Shown: positions 37,924-47,805 of the stretch, in pieces
Numbering within the stretch: the first letter of the stretch is position 1
How the letters are laid out: each line of letters opens with the position of its first letter
DNA from: a bacterium
Lineage (GTDB): Bacteria > UBA8248
Direction: 5' to 3'
Length of the DNA: 64,000 bases
Assembly (NCBI GenBank): GCA_965213625.1
Contig: CBDBZU010000004.1
Span: 512,001 to 576,000, forward strand
Position numbers and translations under genes: made by a program
Notes under the pieces: generated by a model
The model's input: only the letters and a program-made list of their open reading frames with translations
Database searches by the model: none
What the model was told of the DNA's origin: nothing

Positions 37924-38964
37924 TTGAAGGCGATGGTGCTGAGAGAACCGGGAAAACCCTTTGTCGAGGAAGAATACCCAGACCCCGTGCCGGGTCCGGG
38001 GGAAGCGGTCGCGAAGGTTCTGGCCTGCGGCGCCGGGCTGACTATCCACCACGCCCGCATGGGCCGGGTGCCCGGGGTGGATTATCCCCTCATCATCGGG
38101 CACGAGATTACCGCCGTCATCACCGCCTTAGGCGAAGGCGTGGAAGGCCTGCAGGAGGGTGACGCGGTGACCGCTCATTTCTACGTCACTTGCGGGAGGT
38201 GCAAGTGGTGCCTCATCAACCGCGAGACGCTGTGCGAGAATTTCACGGGCTACATCGGCCGCCAGGTGCAGGGCGCCTATGCCGAATACATCAAGCTGCC
38301 CGCAAGGAATTACATCAAAATCCCCGCCGGTCTCGATTATGAGAACACCGCGGCGGAAGTCTCCGTCATCTGCGACGCGATAGCTACCCCCTACAAAGTG
38401 ACGAAGCGCGCGCGCATCGCGCCGCTCGAGAACGTGGCCGTCATCGGCGCGGGCGGCGGCGTGGGCATCCACATGGTGATGATGGCGAAGTGGGCGCACG
38501 CCAGGGTCATCGCCGTGGACGTCGCGGCGAACAAGCTCGGCAAGTGCCGGGACGTGGGCGCGGACGAGGCCGTCGACGCATCCCAGGGAGACGTGGCGGG
38601 CGCGCTCATGGACTTGACGAACGGCAAGGGCGTGGACGTGGTGGTCGATTTCGTCTCCTCCGCCTCCACGATGGAAGCGGGTTTTCAGGCCTTAGGCATC
38701 GGCGGACGCCTCGTGACGCTGGGCGGCACGGGCCAGCCGTTTCAGGCCGCGTCGCGCAATATGGTGAACAAAGAACTCGAACTCATGGGCAGCCGCTACT
38801 GTTCGAAACAGGAACTCAAGGAATCGCTCGACCTGGTGGCGCGGGGCGACGTCTGGCCCGTGGTGACGGAAACCTACTCATTCAACGTCGATGAGGTGGA
38901 AAAAGTCCACGAGCGGCTGGAAGTGGCTGCCGTCACGGGCCGCGCGGTCATCATGATGGATTAG
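37924..38964 (+). CDS. Zinc-binding alcohol dehydrogenase (MDR family)
   Basis: GHE, CGRCKWC…C, GAGGGVG. Confidence 0.92.
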   Translation: MKAMVLREPGKPFVEEEYPDPVPGPGEAVAKVLACGAGLTIHHARMGRVPGVDYPLIIGHEITAVITALGEGVEGLQEGDAVTAHFYVTCGRCKWCLINRETLCENFTGYIGRQVQGAYAEYIKLPARNYIKIPAGLDYENTAAEVSVICDAIATPYKVTKRARIAPLENVAVIGAGGGVGIHMVMMAKWAHARVIAVDVAANKLGKCRDVGADEAVDASQGDVAGALMDLTNGKGVDVVVDFVSSASTMEAGFQALGIGGRLVTLGGTGQPFQAASRNMVNKELELMGSRYCSKQELKESLDLVARGDVWPVVTETYSFNVDEVEKVHERLEVAAVTGRAVIMMD

Positions 38965-38988
38965 GATTTGTAAAACGTCATCAGCGGG

Positions 38989-39741
38989 CTAGTTGGCGAT
39001 CTTCCACTGCCCGTCGGGCTGCCTGCAGGCGGTGCCGTAGGCGTTCTGCTCTTTGCCGTCGATGACAATCGTCTGCTGGAACTCCCGGCAATACTGGTTG
39101 AGTTCGTTCTTGAAGGCCGGTTTAGGAACCACGACGCCGCACACCCGCCTGTCGGGGTTGTCCCACACGGTGCGTGTGCCGGAGCGCTGGTTCTCGAGCG
39201 CGTATTGCGTGGCGCTCGCGAACCTGAGCCGCTCAGCATCGTCCAGGTCTCGTCCAATCTGCCCACCCACGACGCTGCCGAGAAGCACGCCTGCGAAAGT
39301 GGCGAGCGCCTGCCCGCTTCCCTTGCCGACCTGATGGCCGATGACGCCGCCTCCGATCGCGCCTATTACCGAGCCGAGAACCTCGTTGTCGTTACTCGAT
39401 TCATAAGCAGCGCAGCGATAATCCGGGGAGCGATAGACGTAACGCTCACGCGGGTATGGCCTATAGATGACGCGCGGGCCGGTCCAGACCGGATAGCCAT
39501 ACCAGACCGGAGAGACGTAGCTGGGGCCGATCCAGAAGTTATGACGAACGATAGTGCGGGGACGACGGTGATGACGACGCCATTTGCGGTGCTGGCGCAC
39601 CCTGTGGTGTCGATGTGATTTATATTTATGATGCCGCTGGATTCCGTGGCGCCTGCCTTGACGCTTATCCGCCGCCGCGTCGTTCACCAGAAAAACGACC
39701 GCCAGAGCACTCAACACGATGGAGAGTCCAATGCGCCTCAT
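38989..39741 (-). CDS. Glycine-zipper surface protein (17-kDa surface antigen / RT0821-like) with His/Arg-rich N-terminal region
   Basis: Signal peptide, GSVIGAIGGGVIGHQVGKGSG, YCREFQQTIVIDG…YGTACRQPDGQW. Confidence 0.85.
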   Translation of the reverse strand: MRRIGLSIVLSALAVVFLVNDAAADKRQGRRHGIQRHHKYKSHRHHRVRQHRKWRRHHRRPRTIVRHNFWIGPSYVSPVWYGYPVWTGPRVIYRPYPRERYVYRSPDYRCAAYESSNDNEVLGSVIGAIGGGVIGHQVGKGSGQALATFAGVLLGSVVGGQIGRDLDDAERLRFASATQYALENQRSGTRTVWDNPDRRVCGVVVPKPAFKNELNQYCREFQQTIVIDGKEQNAYGTACRQPDGQWKIAN

Positions 39742-39842
39742 CTGTCCATCCCCCCTGGAATCTTTCTCATCTTCCGAATAAAAGATGTAAAGCGACGACT
39801 TGCTTATTATACAGTCTGACGACGACGGGTTCCATGCCTATT

Positions 39843-39855
39843 TAAATTATTGATA
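39843..39855 (-). promoter_or_regulatory. IHF consensus site
   Basis: Minus-strand TATCAATAATTTA matches WATCAANNNNTTR, in an AT-rich divergent intergenic region. Confidence 0.5.
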
Positions 39856-40062
39856 TTATATAACTTACTTGATTTGCCCTTAAAATAGACTCCACTTTAT
39901 CCGAAGTCCGTCCTCCACACACTTACATTCGACTATGCGCCTTGCGCCGTTTCTATTCCCGTCCCGACGGCAAAACCCCCGCGAACTTTGAAGATTCCCG
40001 CCCCCGCCTGTAGAATCGCTCACCTGCGCAATCACACTATCATTCAGGAGGTTTCAGGTTTC

Positions 40063-40518
40063 ATGAGCGAAGGCGTTGCGTTTGAAAAATGGGAAGTCGG
40101 GAACAAATTCACCACCCGGGGCAGGACCATCACAGAGACCGACGTGGTGAATTACGTCAACTTGGTGGGCTATACGGAAAGCCTGTTCCTCGACATGGAG
40201 TTTTTGCGGGAAAAAGGCCATGAAAGGCGCATGGCGCCCGCCCTTTTCACCTGCGGAATCGCGGATACCTTAATCGTCCAGACGGGCGTTCTGCACGATT
40301 ACGCCGTCGCGCTTCTGGGCGTGGACGGCCTCGTGGCGCGCGCGCCCGTGTACGTGGGCGATACGCTGACGGTCGAGGTCGAGACGACGGACGTCCGCCC
40401 CTCCAAAAGCAGACCCGACCGCGGCGTCGTCTCCACGCACCAGAGGGTGCTCAACCAAAAAGGCGAGGTGGTGCTCGAATACGACGTGAAGCGCATGCTG
40501 CTCAGAAGCGATTCGTGA
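40063..40518 (+). CDS. MaoC family dehydratase
   Basis: GRTITETDV, PVYVGDTL, SKSRPDRGVV, NQKGEVV; CAGGAGG upstream. Confidence 0.88.
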   Translation: MSEGVAFEKWEVGNKFTTRGRTITETDVVNYVNLVGYTESLFLDMEFLREKGHERRMAPALFTCGIADTLIVQTGVLHDYAVALLGVDGLVARAPVYVGDTLTVEVETTDVRPSKSRPDRGVVSTHQRVLNQKGEVVLEYDVKRMLLRSDS

Positions 40519-40528
40519 GGCGGACGCT

Positions 40529-41506
40529 CTACAGCCCGAAAAACACTCTCGCCGTGCCGCTCCATATTTTCTCCGCATCCTCCGGTGAAATATCCAGCGC
40601 GTTCATCATATCGGCGTGGCGCTTCACGGGCACCCAGGGGGCGTCGCTCGCGAACATCATGCGCGATGCGCCCATCTCCTGTAAGGAAAACTCGAGCGCC
40701 GTCTGCGAGTGAACCACCGAGTCCGTATAGAAGCGCTCGAAGTATTCGCTCGGGTCGCGCGTGATCAATTCTTGCTCGTCGCGGTAGCGCGAACTCAGGT
40801 TGTCCACCCGCCCGATGAACAGCGGAAGAGAGGCGCCCCCGTGAGGCAACAACACCTTGAGGTTCGGGTGACGCTCCAGCACGCCGCTCAAAATGAGCCT
40901 GAGCGCCGCCAGGCACTCATCGAACATGAAGCCTATCATCGGCCCCAGCCAGTGATCTTCATAATGCGGCCCCGAGGGAGAAGGCCCCGGATGCAGCACG
41001 AGCGGAATGCCGCGCTCGGCCAGAAGCCCCCACAAGGGCTCATGGGCAGCGTCGTCGATGTAGCGTTCGCCGCCGATGTAGGCGAAAACCTGAAGGCCCA
41101 CGAAACCGAGATCGTCCACGCAGCGCTCGAGTTCGCGGCAGGTCGCATTCATATCGCCGAAACCGAGCGAAGCCACCCCCCGGATGCGCCCCGGGTGGCG
41201 CGCCGCCGCCTCGGCCAGCCCGTCGTTCCCGATTCTCGCGAGTTCGTCCGCGTCTTCGGGGCTTTTGGCGAGGTCCGGGCCTGGAATGTTGATGCTGATT
41301 AGGGCAAGATCGATTTCCTGCTCATCCATTTCGGCGAGCTTGATGTCGATGTCCAGGGCGGGGTGCCGCATCGGAAGTTTTTGTTCCGGGCTCGCCCACG
41401 CCCACCAGAAATCCTCCGCCTTCTCGTAGCGCGGAAAATCGGAGCGGGCGGCGAGCGCCCGGACGTAGGCTTGTGGTACATGATGGGTCTGAACATCGAT
41501 GCGCAT
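40529..41506 (-). CDS. Amidohydrolase_2 family protein (ACMSD-like)
   Basis: IDVQTH, VLHP, PHGGASLP, FASDAP. Confidence 0.88.
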   Translation of the reverse strand: MRIDVQTHHVPQAYVRALAARSDFPRYEKAEDFWWAWASPEQKLPMRHPALDIDIKLAEMDEQEIDLALISINIPGPDLAKSPEDADELARIGNDGLAEAAARHPGRIRGVASLGFGDMNATCRELERCVDDLGFVGLQVFAYIGGERYIDDAAHEPLWGLLAERGIPLVLHPGPSPSGPHYEDHWLGPMIGFMFDECLAALRLILSGVLERHPNLKVLLPHGGASLPLFIGRVDNLSSRYRDEQELITRDPSEYFERFYTDSVVHSQTALEFSLQEMGASRMMFASDAPWVPVKRHADMMNALDISPEDAEKIWSGTARVFFGL

Positions 41507-41595
41507 GGAATTCTCCAGACTATGATGGGAACCTTGATATTAGACAGAGGGGATTATTCCCCCAGAATGAACCGGATGCAAATTAAAGTGAGGAG

Positions 41596-42660
41596 ATGAT
41601 TGTGAAAACGACAGGAGTAGCCGTCATCGGCGCAGGCGGCATCGGAACGCTCAGGGCGCATTCTTGCGCGCAGATCCCCCAGGTGGACTACCTCGCCGTG
41701 TGCGACATCGTGCCCGAGAAGCTCGACCGCCTCGCGGAGTCGGTGCGGGCCGACGTGGCGACGGAGAAATACGAGGTGGCGATACGGGACGAGCGCGTGG
41801 GCGCCGTCATCGTTTCCTCGGACGAGGAGTTTCATCACGGCCCGGCGGCCCTGGCGGCCGAACTCGGAAAGCCCGTGCTCATCGAAAAGCCCTTCGTCCT
41901 GGACCTGGACGAGGCGGACGACATCCTGAAGAAAGCCGATGCGTCGGGTGCGGAGATTTTCGTGGGCTACACCCAGCGCTACAGAAGGCGCTTTCTGCTC
42001 GCGAAACAGGCGGCATTCGCCGGACAGCTCGGCGACATCGTGATGGCGCTCGGCAAGATTTACGTGACGCGCGCCGTGGGCGAGGCGGTGGCGAAGCGCT
42101 CGCCCAACACCACGCCCTCCATCAACACCCTCACCTACATGGTCGACCTCATCCTCTGGTACATGGAGGGAAAAAAACCCGTCGAAGTCTACGCCCGCGC
42201 GGCGAGCTTCGTGTTCAAGAAATACAACCGCGACGATTTCCAGTGGATGATCGTCACCTTCGACGACGGGAGCGTGGCCACGCTCGGCACGAGTTGGCTC
42301 CCTCCCCACCACTGGCCTGCCTATACGGCGACGATGGAGATCGACTTACAAGGCACCAAAGGTTCGTTGAACGTGGACGACGCGCACCGCGACGTAATTC
42401 TCGCGCCCGAGGATCCGATTCCCTGCCCCTACACGCCGGAGCACCAGGTGAACGTCGCCTTCCTGGGCTCCGCCATGCCGGGAGATTTCGTGATGGGTGA
42501 GTTCTTCGGCCCCATGAAGGAAGAGACAGACGCCTTCGTGCGCCACATCCTGGGAATCGGCGGGGTGGGACTCGCCACGGGCGCACACGCGAGAGACGTA
42601 CTCGCCCTCACCATGGCGGCGGACCGCTCCTGCAAGGAGGGCCAACCCGTCTCGCTTTAG
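41596..42660 (+). CDS. Gfo/Idh/MocA family oxidoreductase
   Basis: GAGGIG, VLIEKP, VGYTQRY. Confidence 0.9.
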   Translation: MIVKTTGVAVIGAGGIGTLRAHSCAQIPQVDYLAVCDIVPEKLDRLAESVRADVATEKYEVAIRDERVGAVIVSSDEEFHHGPAALAAELGKPVLIEKPFVLDLDEADDILKKADASGAEIFVGYTQRYRRRFLLAKQAAFAGQLGDIVMALGKIYVTRAVGEAVAKRSPNTTPSINTLTYMVDLILWYMEGKKPVEVYARAASFVFKKYNRDDFQWMIVTFDDGSVATLGTSWLPPHHWPAYTATMEIDLQGTKGSLNVDDAHRDVILAPEDPIPCPYTPEHQVNVAFLGSAMPGDFVMGEFFGPMKEETDAFVRHILGIGGVGLATGAHARDVLALTMAADRSCKEGQPVSL

Positions 42661-42691
42661 GGTCCGGGTGGATATGGCGCGATCGTTGCTT

Positions 42692-43019
42692 CAGGGGTTG
42701 TTGAAAAACTCCTCCTCGATCGGAATTGACAACTACCGTCTTTCCGGCGTCATTGCCGCTTCTGTTGTATGTCGGACATATATGTCCGACATACATGCGG
42801 CCCTGCCTCTTCGCCTTCACAATGCGGGTCGCATAATATGTGGCGCTCCCAAGTAGGGAGCGCCACCTACACGTGTATCTACATCTCGACCAAGGGGGTG
42901 TGGATCGGCCCGGTCCACTAGGGGTTTTTCAACAACCCCCTCATGGGTGGAGTGTTTCCTACATTTGCGTCAGTGGGGGGAAGAATTCCGACCGAGTATG
43001 ACTTTTTCAACAGCCCCTG
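42692..43019. mobile_element. MITE-like element with CAGGGG(T/C)TGTTGAAAAA termini containing REP-like palindromes
   Basis: Left CAGGGGTTGTTGAAAAACT (42692). Inverted copies at 42921-42939 and 43001-43019. No ORF. Confidence 0.65.
42767..42870. repeat. Perfect 28-bp palindrome, intact IS110 target repeat, and GTAG hairpin
   Basis: GTATGTCGGACATATATGTCCGACATAC-ATGCGGCCCTGCCTCTTCGCCTTCACAA…; GTGGCGCTCCC-AAGTA-GGGAGCGCCAC. Confidence 0.85.
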
Positions 43020-43040
43020 CAGATGTAGCCCGCATTCCCG

Positions 43041-44534
43041 CTAGCGCGGCATGAGATTCCTGATCTGTGCCTCGAGCGGCTCCGTGGTGAGCCGCTGGAA
43101 ACCCAAGTGGCGGGAGAGGGAATCGCCGTCGTGGCGCTGGCCGTCGCGCCAGATTTCCATCAGGAATCCGCCGCTCTCGCGATTGGCCCACCACCTCTTA
43201 CCGAATTTCGTCTTCAACACTTCGGCCATCTGGGCCTGGAGCATCCACGCCCTCAGATAGTTCGCACAGTAAAAAAACGGGTCCACATCGTCGAGATAGG
43301 ATATTCGTGGGTATTCCACCCTCGTCGCCGAACTGAGTTTTTTCTGATAGGCAGTGTCCTTATCCTCTAGATCAGCACCCTGGTGAAGAGTGAGCTCATA
43401 ATCAATTTTCGCCGCATAGCGCCTCAGCATATAGAGTTCGAAAAGCGCATTGTGCGCCAGAAACGCCGCGTAGTCTGACGCCTCACCGCCCAGTGCGTCC
43501 ACGAGCCAGAGCGGCTCGAGCAGCAGGTGATCGAAGAGCATGGCGAACCCTTCCGTCACGGAGTTGTCCCCCAGGCGCTTCCACTCGAAAGGCGCATCCG
43601 CCGCCACGCCTGCGAAATGAAGCGCGTGACCGAGTTCGTGCCAGAATGCGCTGTAATCGTCATAGCCGCCCCGAGGCCTGATGACGAGATAGACCTCCTC
43701 CGGCACGCGAATCGAGGCGCAAAACGCGCGGGGGCTCTTGAGCGGGCGATCCTCGATGTCGAGGCGCACCCGGCCCTCCGCTGAGAGATCGAGGCCCATC
43801 GAGGAACAAACCTCTCGCGCCGAGGCTTCGATCTTCTCCGCCGGGAAAAGAGCGTCGTACGCCGTACCCCGGAAACAGTACTGCGCATCGTGGCGCTGCG
43901 CGGAAGAAGGCGGAACACCCATCCGGCTCAACGCCTCTTCCATCGCCTCGGCGTAAAGTGCGCCGGTGCATTCCAGAAAACGCTTCATCTCGTCCCTGAC
44001 CGGCTCAAGCTCATAGCGCTTCAGCGCCGCCATCATCCCCAGGTAGCCCTCGAACTCCAGGTCATCGGCCATCCCGTGGGTCGCGCGGTGAATCTGCTCC
44101 AGAAATACGTTCTTCTCCGCCAGGGCCTCACAGCGGGCGTTTTCCAGAAAAGTCCGCCTCCCGCGGTCCGACTCGTTCAGGAGCGCGACGGCGCTTTGCC
44201 GGTAGGGGATGGACTCACCCTCAGTCGTTTTCACCATGGTTCTGGTCTCGAACAAAAGCGCCTTCTCGCTCAAATCCCTGGTCTCGTTGCGTATATGGGC
44301 CAGAGTCAGGAAGCCGCGCAGTTCGGCCAATCTCAGGGACTCGGCTGCATCGTCCGCCGAGTCGGCGAGAGAAGTAAGTGTATCGATGTTTTCGCGGGTG
44401 AAGAGGTCGGCGTATTCGGAGAAAATCTCGCTCAGGCGCACATCTTCCTTGAGGCCTGCGCCGACCTCGTACCATTCCTTGCGTGATTCGCCGAGGAACG
44501 CTTCGGCGCGGGTGCGGAGGTCAGCCAGGCGCAT
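43041..44534 (-). CDS. M3/M32-like zinc metallopeptidase
   Basis: KSPRAFC, HELGHALH (HExxH), downstream TEGFAMLF. Confidence 0.75.
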   Translation of the reverse strand: MRLADLRTRAEAFLGESRKEWYEVGAGLKEDVRLSEIFSEYADLFTRENIDTLTSLADSADDAAESLRLAELRGFLTLAHIRNETRDLSEKALLFETRTMVKTTEGESIPYRQSAVALLNESDRGRRTFLENARCEALAEKNVFLEQIHRATHGMADDLEFEGYLGMMAALKRYELEPVRDEMKRFLECTGALYAEAMEEALSRMGVPPSSAQRHDAQYCFRGTAYDALFPAEKIEASAREVCSSMGLDLSAEGRVRLDIEDRPLKSPRAFCASIRVPEEVYLVIRPRGGYDDYSAFWHELGHALHFAGVAADAPFEWKRLGDNSVTEGFAMLFDHLLLEPLWLVDALGGEASDYAAFLAHNALFELYMLRRYAAKIDYELTLHQGADLEDKDTAYQKKLSSATRVEYPRISYLDDVDPFFYCANYLRAWMLQAQMAEVLKTKFGKRWWANRESGGFLMEIWRDGQRHDGDSLSRHLGFQRLTTEPLEAQIRNLMPR

Positions 44535-44539
44535 GGGAA

Positions 44540-45769
44540 TTATATGACCGGCCGGGTGAATCCGCGCGGCAAGACGATGATGCCGGAAGTGTCGGAAACG
44601 GCGCCTGGGTAGGAATCGGCCTCTTCAATCACCACCGATGCGCCCGCTCCGATCTGGTTGAACCTGTCGACAATCGCTTTATCAAGCTTCGCCCCGGCTC
44701 CGATGCGAGTGTGATCCATGACGATGGAATCGACGACCTCCGCTCCCTTTTCTATGATCACGCCGCGGCCGATGACGGAGCGCTCGATGCGCGCGCCCGC
44801 AATCTGGCATCCTTCTCCGATCAAGGCGTTATCCACCCGGGTGGATACGATGCGGCTGCCCGGCCCCGGATAGGCGCTGGTGTGAATCGGCCAGTCGGGG
44901 TTGCTCAAATCGAGGCGCGGCGCTTCTCCCAGGAGATCCATCTGCGTCTCCCAGTAGCTCTTGATGGTCCCCACGTCGCGCCAGTAGCCCCTCTCCTCGG
45001 TGGACCTGACGCCCGGAATCTCGTTTTTCATGAAATCATAGGCAAAGAGTTTTTTGCGCTCGCCAAGCAATGCGGGGATGATGGTGCGTCCGAAGTCGTG
45101 TTCCCCTTCGCGAGCCGCGTCGCTGATGAGCGCATCCATCAGCACCTGGGAGGAAAACACATAGTTTCCCATGGAGCATAGCGCACGAGTGGGGTCGCCG
45201 GGCATGGGCCGGGGATGAGCGGGCTTTTCGTCGAAACTCTCCACCTGGCCCGTTTCGTTCACGGCCAGCACGCCGAATTCCCGGGCGTCTCCGATGGGCG
45301 CGGGCAGGGCCGAAATCGTCGCGTCCGCTCCGCTTTCGAGATGGAAGCGAACCATCTGGCTCACGTCCATGCGGTAGATGTGGTCCGCCCCGAACACCAG
45401 GACGATGTCGGGCGCATTGTCGGTCACCAGGTTCCTGTTCTGATGGATGGAATCGGCCGTTCCCTTGAACCAGAATTCGCCTGCGCGCTGCTGCGGCGGG
45501 ACGGCCGTTACGAAATTTTTCCCGAGCGTTCCGCTGATATTCCACGAGCGCCTCAAATGCTCGATCAGCGACTGCGCAAAGTACTGCACAAGTACATAGA
45601 TTGACTGATATCCCGAGTTCACCAGATTGCTCAGCACGAAGTCGATAATGCGGTATTTCGAGCCGAACGGCACGGCCGGCTTGCCGCGCGCGACCGTCAG
45701 GGGGCGAAGCCTGTTTCCGGCGCCGCCCGCCATGACGAAGGAGATGACTCTGGGATCACGCGAATCCAA
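44540..45769 (-). CDS. glgC: Glucose-1-phosphate adenylyltransferase
   Basis: MAGGAGNRLRPLT..RGKPAVPFG, GTAD, GADHIY, SMGNY, DFG, YWRDVGT; TTG start with AGGAG RBS. Confidence 0.95.
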   Translation of the reverse strand: MDSRDPRVISFVMAGGAGNRLRPLTVARGKPAVPFGSKYRIIDFVLSNLVNSGYQSIYVLVQYFAQSLIEHLRRSWNISGTLGKNFVTAVPPQQRAGEFWFKGTADSIHQNRNLVTDNAPDIVLVFGADHIYRMDVSQMVRFHLESGADATISALPAPIGDAREFGVLAVNETGQVESFDEKPAHPRPMPGDPTRALCSMGNYVFSSQVLMDALISDAAREGEHDFGRTIIPALLGERKKLFAYDFMKNEIPGVRSTEERGYWRDVGTIKSYWETQMDLLGEAPRLDLSNPDWPIHTSAYPGPGSRIVSTRVDNALIGEGCQIAGARIERSVIGRGVIIEKGAEVVDSIVMDHTRIGAGAKLDKAIVDRFNQIGAGASVVIEEADSYPGAVSDTSGIIVLPRGFTRPVI

Positions 45770-45801
45770 CCTTTGGCTCCTTTTTTCGATTCGTCTCAAC
45801 G

Positions 45802-47256
45802 CTACTGCGGGCGCATCGCCTTTTCGTACAAATCGACATAGCGTGGCGCGACGCCGTTCCAACCGGAATCCTTCTCCATCGCGTTGCGCATCATCATACG
45901 CCAAAGCCCCTGATCCAAAAACACCCGGCATATTCCCTGAATCCCGGCGAGAAAATCGGCCGAATCGAACGCATCGAAGTGAAAGCCTGTATCCGCTTGC
46001 GGATCGGGTATCGCAGTTGAGGCAACGGAATCCGCGAGTCCGCCGACCCGACGCACGTAAGGCAGCGCGCCATAGCGCATGGCGTACAGCTGGTTCAGGC
46101 CCGAAGGCTCATAGCGCGAGGGCATGAGCAGGACGTCGCCGCCTGCGTACAAGCGGTGGGAGAGCGCCTCGTCGTAGGCGGGCGCGAACGCCATCCGGCC
46201 CCGGTGGGCTGCAGCGGCCATTGCCAGGGCTTCTTCCAACTCTTCCTCGCCGGTTCCGAGGATAGCCAGGCTGGCGCCTGAATCCATCAGCTCATCCATC
46301 GTTTCGAGAATCAGGTCGATTCCCTTCTGATGCGCCAGCCGCGAGACAACGACGCACAAAGGCCCCTCCGCGTCCGGGTCCAGTCCCAACTCCGCCTGAA
46401 GCGCGGCCTTGCACTTCGCCTTACCCTCCAGGTGCGCACTCGAAAACGGAGCCGGAATGTGGGGATCGCTTTCGGGGTTCCAGACCGCATCGTCGATGCC
46501 GTTCATGATGCCGAACAGAGAGTCTTTTCTGAGAACGACCGCTCCTTCGAGCCCCTCTCCCTGTTCTTCCGTCAGCATCTCCTGCGCGTACCGCTCGCTC
46601 ACGGTGGAGAAAACGTCGCTGAACAGGATGCCGCCCTTCATGAAGTTCACGTCGCCGTAAAACTCCAGTCCATCCAGACCCATCGCCTCATCGGGCAGGC
46701 AGGTGTGCGCGAAATCGTCCGAGTGGAAGCGGCCCTGATACGCCAGGTTATGGATGGTAAAAACGATGGAGACACCGCGCCATTTCTCATGGTCAGCCAG
46801 ACGGCATTTCAACAGGGGTGGTATCAAGGCGCTTTGCCAGTCATGGCAATGGATGACGGACGGATACGCTCTTTCGCACTCCATGTGGGAGAGCGCGCCC
46901 CTTACGAAACGGGCGAAACGCTCCGCGTTGTCGGGAAACACCCCGCGCGCGTCCCCGTAGAATCCGTCTCTATCGAACAAATCATCCGCTGCGATGAGTC
47001 GAACCGAAACGCCCTCGTGTTCGAGCGAGAACACATCGTAGTGAGCATCCGAGAAAACATCCGCGACTTTCGCGGGGGGGCCGGGCTCATATTCCCGGAG
47101 AATGGAGCGATACGCCGGCAGGTAGACGGAGACCTTGTGGCCCATTCGCCCCAGGGCCAAAGGCAGCGCGCCGATGACATCGCCCAGCCCGCCCGATTTG
47201 GCGAAGGGGAACATCTCGCTCGCCACCATGGTGATTTCGATTGGTTTGTCCGTCAT
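45802..47256 (-). CDS. glgA: Glycogen synthase
   Basis: KSGGLGDV, HCHDWQ, TIHNLAYQG, MPSRYEPSGLNQ. Confidence 0.95.
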   Translation of the reverse strand: MTDKPIEITMVASEMFPFAKSGGLGDVIGALPLALGRMGHKVSVYLPAYRSILREYEPGPPAKVADVFSDAHYDVFSLEHEGVSVRLIAADDLFDRDGFYGDARGVFPDNAERFARFVRGALSHMECERAYPSVIHCHDWQSALIPPLLKCRLADHEKWRGVSIVFTIHNLAYQGRFHSDDFAHTCLPDEAMGLDGLEFYGDVNFMKGGILFSDVFSTVSERYAQEMLTEEQGEGLEGAVVLRKDSLFGIMNGIDDAVWNPESDPHIPAPFSSAHLEGKAKCKAALQAELGLDPDAEGPLCVVVSRLAHQKGIDLILETMDELMDSGASLAILGTGEEELEEALAMAAAAHRGRMAFAPAYDEALSHRLYAGGDVLLMPSRYEPSGLNQLYAMRYGALPYVRRVGGLADSVASTAIPDPQADTGFHFDAFDSADFLAGIQGICRVFLDQGLWRMMMRNAMEKDSGWNGVAPRYVDLYEKAMRPQ

Positions 47257-47397
47257 TCCGCCTGCCCCTATGTTCATCCGTTCCTCGCTTTGGCGTTGTA
47301 CGCCGTCGATACTCGATGCCTTCGCCAATCTATACATGAATCATAACGCCTATGTTACAATCGAATGAATGGTTGATGAAAAAGGCGTGGAGGTTCC

Positions 47398-47805
47398 ATG
47401 CGATATCTGGTGCGCGGAAAAGTCATCAAGGGCAAAAGCGCCGCTCTTCTCGAAGCCATCGAATCGGGCGAACTCGGGCGCGGCTCCATCGCGCACAGAA
47501 CTTTCTTGAAATGCATGAAAGAGGCGCGGCTTACCGAGCGGGGCCAGGTTCGCTGGCTCGAGGTCTGCTACTGCCGCGAGGCGTTCGGGCCGGGCTATGA
47601 GCTGTGTGAGGAACTGCCTTACTGGGAGGCGTACTTCGAGGAAATCGACGTGCGCTTCGCCCGGAAACCGGAGGATTGCGAGGGCTATCCGGTCTGCGGC
47701 GATTGCGACTGCACGGATAAGCTCGAGGCGAAACTCGAAAAACTGGGCATCCCTTTTTTCAAGCACTTGAAAGAAACCGCTTCTCCCGCTCCATCCTCAA
47801 CTTGA
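47398..47805 (+). CDS. Hypothetical Cys-rich protein
   Basis: GGAGG RBS; motifs EVCYC…EELPYWEAYF and CEGYPVCGDCDCT. Confidence 0.7.
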   Translation: MRYLVRGKVIKGKSAALLEAIESGELGRGSIAHRTFLKCMKEARLTERGQVRWLEVCYCREAFGPGYELCEELPYWEAYFEEIDVRFARKPEDCEGYPVCGDCDCTDKLEAKLEKLGIPFFKHLKETASPAPSST

